Assembly: GCA_051294905.1 (NCBI GenBank)
Contig: CM119377.1
Span: forward strand, 4,402,001-4,466,000
DNA length: 64,000 nucleotides
Source of the DNA: Botryllus schlosseri
Lineage: Eukaryota
Direction: 5' to 3'
In this document: positions 58,512 through 64,000 of the stretch, piece after piece
Layout: each line of letters begins with the position of its first letter
Position numbering within the stretch: position 1 is the first letter of the stretch
Translations under genes and position numbers: made by a program
Notes under the pieces: model-generated
The model's input: the letters and a program-made list of their open reading frames with translations, nothing else
Told to the model about the DNA's origin: nothing
Database searches by the model: none

Positions 58512-60135
58512 CTCTACAATGTACATCGAATACCTATTTACTATGTGTGGATACTTCTTACGCAATGACGAGCAAAGCTAATACTTCTGACGTAATAATG
58601 AGGAGTGGCGTTTGAAAATCAGACGTTTGTGCTATCACTAACCTCGTATAATATCTGTTCCTTGTTCACGAATGTTCAGTTTATGTCGTAGTCCTTGTAC
58701 AGATACAAAGTAATCGTTCTTTCACAAAGAAATCGATTGGATATCGGAAGTAGTCGATTACGATTACGATTACCTCGGATTTTTTTCGAATGTAATCGAT
58801 TGCGATTACGATTACTTCAAAGTGCTGTAATCGTCGTAATCGATTACGATTACTAATCGCGATTACCCCATGTCTGGTTGTAATTGCATTCTTCATATTC
58901 GAAAATTCAAAATTACCTTCAGCGGGCCAACTATCGAGATATTATCGTTTAATGATACACAACGCAGGGGTTACCAGCAGTATACATTTACTCAGAGGAA
59001 GTCATTTACAACAGATCGAGGTCATTATTGTATAGATAAGCATATTATTCATAAATTACCACTAATCATCATTTTATGAGTAATGGACAGCTATTGTGGT
59101 CAGGACCGTAACAGTATTATTTCAGCCTCCCAACCCCTGAGTGGGGGGAGGCTGATATAGGTGGTCAGTAACGAGGATTTCGGGAGTATTTTTTTATCAT
59201 CGAACACCCGCCACCCAAATCGGTATGCAGTACCATTTTTCCTTTCTATAAATGCGAGCGTAACCCCAGATCGAATGGCCTACCTCAAACATTTTTACAG
59301 TAGTAATTTTTGCAACCTGACAGGGAAGGATACGTTCCCAGAACGGCGATCAATACAGCGAGTTTTCGAAATTATGTTTGTCTCGATCGAACTATTAACT
59401 GAATGAGCTCCAGTCCAGCGAAGATCAAGATTGCATTTATTTTAATTCCAATGTAGCTTTATACTTCCGAAAACTATTTAACTATAGTACGCGCCCGGTG
59501 GTTATAATTATGGTGGATATAACATGCTTATCCTGGAGATATGATTAATTACATATTCATTGCTATATTCATTATTGAATAACACCGTGGAATCACTCGA
59601 TCAGTAATCTAGTATCAATGATTGAAAGTCTTGACGCTTATCACATTTGCAAAAATTAGGCGCCTGATGAATTATTTATGATCAATGACATTGGATTATT
59701 GTTTCATGAACATAAATTTTCAACATTGCTACAGATCTAGACGTCATATCGAAAATACGGTGGATATATAGTGACATGTCTGAGACTACTGTACATATGG
59801 TTGCAGTTTACTGATTAATGCATCGCGAACGACGCTGAACATGAATTACGTCACATTCCAAGCGAATCTTCAAAGTCCTGATTGTAATGACGCATCGCAC
59901 ATTTGCGAAGAGTCCAATTCGTCACCTGCACATTGGCAATCTTTGCTGGCGGGATGCCGGTCGGTGGTAATTGGTGAAACATAATTATTTCTCAAGCAAT
60001 GACATCAATATGTTGAAAAACAATTTCCACGGAGTGAATGTAGTGTTACCACATGTCTGTGTTGTGTATCGGTCAACGATGTTACATCGGAAGATGACCC
60101 GCCTCAGTTAATTTTTTGTTTAGTATTCATTAGAT

Positions 60136-60215
60136 CAGTGGTTCTCAACCTTTTCGAGCTTACGGCACACTCTCATCAGGGAAATAGTTCGCGGCTTGGC
60201 GGCACCCCATAGCAC
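60136..60215. mobile_element. Charlie-type terminus, partner not found in window
   Basis: CAGTGGTTCTCAACC followed by CGGCAC subterminal motifs. Confidence 0.55.
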
Positions 60216-60899
60216 TTCGAGTACCTTGAGTGGCGGGTATATCGTGGAGTGTTACATTGTACCACTGCAACACAAATCGGTGACGGGTTCTAGTCCAGAA
60301 TCTCTTGCTAATTAAGTGTTGGGGGTTTATCTGATAATAATAATGATAATCATTGAGTTATATTTTTCATCTGAATAGGTCACACACAATGTACAATGCG
60401 ATAAGACACAATGCGATGTCATGAACAGATAGGAGGATGTCGAACGACTTGCATCAGTAGCGATCCTTTTAATGTAACATCCACCTCGGCCTAGAGTGCC
60501 CGATGTCACAGTTCTTTTCGATGTCGATCTTTTAGAAGCCGCGGTCCTTTCTACTGGTTTCTTCCATTTCTTGTGAGTGCTTTCTTTCGTAGGGTATTTT
60601 TCTGGACTTTTTCTGTCGCCGTAAGTACGGCAACGGCAGGGGAAGAGGAGCCCAGATAAACCGTCGACGGGAATCAAGCCGGATCCGCCAGATTGTAGGT
60701 GCTTATCACGCATAAGCAGTGTCACTAAACAAATCACTAAGCAATATCGATGGTGTAAAACGACTAAACGAGGTCGAAGACATGACAAGATGATAACTAA
60801 AAAAGAAACAGAAAAAGGTCATCAACCAGGAACGTGAGTAGTTAGTATGATCGGTCGTGACCTGCCATTGCTTCTTATGGGTGCGGCGGTGAGGTGCCG

Positions 60900-61190
60900 C
60901 GAAAACTCGTGTTGAACCGGTGACCCTTTTGACCCCCCCTTCCGCTCGACCGGTGCCTGGGTTGGTATAGGCATCTCTCGACCGGTAACCCTTTTTGGTA
61001 TAGGGATCGCTCAACCGGTGCCTCGAAACTCGTGTTGAACCGGTAACCCTTTTCGGTATATGCATCGCTCAACCGGTGCTAGTATAGCCATCTCTCGACC
61101 GGTAACCCTTTTCGGTATATGAATCGCTCAACCTGTGTCGCGGTGGTAATTCATACTTTCGGGTATATGCATCTCTCGACCGGTGTTGAA
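60900..61190. repeat. Irregular tandem array with palindromic ACCGGT cores
   Basis: Eight ACCGGT plus one ACCTGT within about 270 bp, embedded in modules like GGTATA(T/G)GCATC(T/G)CTC(G/A)ACCGGT and ACCGGTAACCCTTTT. Confidence 0.85.
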
Positions 61191-64000
61191 TATGTATCAA
61201 GTAAATAGTCATGTGATTGGTCCTTAGGTAATGTGTATATTCCAAATTACGGCGAGTACGACAATGATATATCGTTATTCTTATGGACGCGGCGATGATT
61301 CGTACTTTCAGGCATCTCTCGCGTGGTGTTGAATAGTCACCAACAATAACCGCACAGACGGAAACGTGGCTTGCAAGAGGATTAAGCAGTGCGTGCGACC
61401 TATAATCCGAATGACCTGCGCGCTGAATTATTTCTCGTCCAGCCGCTACTATCGATTATTACACTAGGTCAGTCAGTGCGAAATAGTTTGCTAAATCTAG
61501 GAATCACTTCCAAGGTAATATTTTGGTAATTAGTTTACTGCAGAGCCGGCGTAGACGGCGATTCGAATATCGACAATAACCGCGTTCGCATACTAACACT
61601 CTAAAAAGGTGTGAAATATTTGTAAAAATCCTACGACCACTCACAAGATAACACATCAGAATAGTCATCTCTCGTGGTTTGGTGTTACAAAGGTAGGAAT
61701 TACGCATAAGTAATATTTTGGACGACAATGATATATCGTTATTCTTATGGACGCGACGACATGATAACGTTACAGGTATAGGCTGTGGTGGTGATTCGCC
61801 ATGTGTTCTTATGGGTGCGCTCGCACGTCGTACTTTCAAGTATAGGTATCTCTCGCATGTCGTATTGGAAACTCGTGTTGGCTCGCTCACGCGGTGAAAT
61901 TTTAGTAATCAGTTTGTCGCAGAACTTGATTTCGCTGGTAAGATTTAATAAGTAACGACTAACAGAACCGCCAGTGTCGGTAACTTGAATAGCAACAAAT
62001 TACCACTTATTTCCGTCCTAACCCTAATCCTTTGTGAGGTTACCGCATACTCAAATAGGTGTGAAATAATTGTAAAATCCCACGATCGCTCACAAGGGTA
62101 AGGAATAACAGAACCACAACGGTAACGACTTGAATACCCACAGATTGTCAATTGTTGGTATAACTCGAATCTTTTTAAGAGTATAATCCTTTTGAAACTG
62201 AATATTACTTGACTTGACCAACTTTCAACTCCGTTTCCCGATCATTCACACATTCCACGCCGATGTTTTAACAATTATAGAATCAATACCAACTATCTCT
62301 AACCCGATAATATTCAATCATTTTGGTAATTTGTCAACTTTAAATCCATTCGTCAGATGTACTACAGGTAAACTGAGATAATCCAGAATGAAATATTTTG
62401 ACTTTGACATAGTGTGAATTGAAATAGGATTGACAAGCATAACTACCAACTTTGATCCAGTCACATTTCGAGATTATACTTTGAAACAACCCTTGAAACT
62501 GACAACTCTATTCGCGATCTTGCTTTCCGTTTGCCAAAGAGACATTTTAACATCTTACCATACTCAAAAGAATTATTCATAACATTAACCGGTGTTAAAA
62601 ATATAGTTTTACTTACTTGATTATATCACTACAACTCGCAAACTTGAATTAATTCATCCTGGTTGTATTCATATGACGATATTACTTCTCAGTGTCGGCG
62701 ACTTGAGATTAACATAATATGTTTGAGTATACGAGATTTGAAAGTCCGACCAACGTAGTTGAGAATTCATTTCTTACAATCGAACGATGGTGTTATATTC
62801 AAAGTTATCATGCTGTGAACATAAGGATTGACACATTGATTTGACATATGAGATTTTGTAATAGTTGATCATTACTTTATTATTAAATTATTTGCGTTAA
62901 TTAGACCCGGCGTTGTGGTAAATGTTATGACAGCAACAAACTTTTCAGTACCAATGTTATTGACATATTAAGCTGTAAAACTATGTGTGTCTGAGATGTT
63001 CTTGATAGGAAAATTACTCCACCTTGGTAAAAATCACTCTGCGTATCGCGGATATCAGAAAATATTTCCAGTAACCAAGACTAAAGTTGAAACAACAATA
63101 TCGGTATTATTACATTCAACACCCGATGCAAAATGCTTTATTGGTCTAATTCACAACGGGTAATTGAAACGACTAAGTGTAGAGTATATCACAATGACAC
63201 GGCGTTACTATTGAATCCAACAATTGATACGATTTATTGTCGAGATTTGTGACAGCACATTGAAACATACACAACTTACAGAGTGTGAAAATATCACTTT
63301 GGGTATCGAGTACCGTTTTAAGCGCGCGATCAATACATAATTCCGTTCGCACTCTCTAAGATGTTGTGAAGTCTACAGATTTACACTTCAAGACTTTGAT
63401 CAACACAGAAGCAATTTGGAATATCTTTACTGGACGCATCCTATTCTACTAGACTTGGGTGATACACAAAACTCATAGCATTAACAAAATCGCAATAGGC
63501 GCTACACTGAAATCTACAAAATGTGTTTGCATCGTTGTTAGTGATCATAAATTATCATTTGAATAAGTAATTGTAATCATAAAACCAAACTTGCGAAAGT
63601 CATTACCATAACAAAAGAATATTGTAGGTTGCTTGCTAAATGTACGCCAGAAATATTTGTGGAACGCTCACGACCAAAGAAATCGGAAATTTCCCTCGTT
63701 GTCATTCGTCAAAGTAAATGTTGTCACAATACTCAACCCATAAAAGATCTTACTTGTATGTGATTGAATCGCAGGTAATTAACCCGCTAAATCAAACCAT
63801 AAGGAAATTTCACTCACTCATCGGATATGAAACAGCGTCACTTAATCGGCGTAGATCGTTTTACTAAATGCAAATCATACCTGACCAACAGAAAACAATT
63901 TTCACTCACCTTGTAATGAAACCAAGCGGTGGGCCTTCGTTCAATATTTTGTCCGTGTCAAATACTTCGTAATAAACACAATGGAGTGGTTGAGCTTTAC

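Larger units (their letters stand above)
54032..58876. mobile_element. Outer hAT element with (GATTAC)n subterminal repeats, carrying nested inserts
   Basis: TIRs CAGACATGGGGT / ACCCCATGTCTG; flanks GTTGTAGT / GTTGTAAT (7 of 8 match). Confidence 0.85.

Noticed and set aside
59122-59156. GC-rich 10-bp hairpin resembling a Helitron 3' end
   Set aside because: No CTAG terminus at the expected distance, no matching 5' TC end and no Rep/helicase remnant.
60327-60788. ORF with KSPEKYPTKESTHKKWKKPV, a possible sixth paralog
   Set aside because: No signal peptide, Cys-domain exon, IPKRF, FGFN motif or terminal Cys nearby; only compositional resemblance.

Overview
AT-rich eukaryotic (animal) genomic DNA with GT-AG introns of 57-66 nt, tRNA-derived SINEs and many hAT DNA transposons. 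A marine invertebrate such as a tunicate is plausible, but the species cannot be fixed from sequence alone. The only clear host genes are five paralogs (A-E) of a family I do not recognise: A 22275-23424(-), B 27221-28496(-), C 36831-37834(-), D 46312-47275(-), E 52708-53702(+). All five share a three-exon structure with two phase-1 introns and an invariant 132-nt exon 2. Each encodes a signal peptide, a mature N-terminus QTxWQL, a 7-Cys domain (C-x12-C-x13-C-x7-CC-x3-C-x-C), a conserved IP(K/A)RF site, a Cys-bracketed and length-variable Lys/Thr/Pro/Trp repeat region, a Phe/Ser amphipathic segment ending FGFN, and a terminal Cys. D and E are an inverted, head-to-head duplication of about 2 kb. 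Most of the recognisable remainder is transposon-derived: about 14 hAT elements with readable target-site duplications (TSDs), three nested hAT stacks, two long transposase ORFs (Ac-type 14127-16025 and Buster/Charlie-type 41744-43549), five copies of one SINE, two copies of a TA-target MITE, LINE RT remnants, and an unexplained ACCGGT-core repeat block near 60.9-61.2 kb. Most short ORFs in the supplied track are antisense shadows or noise.
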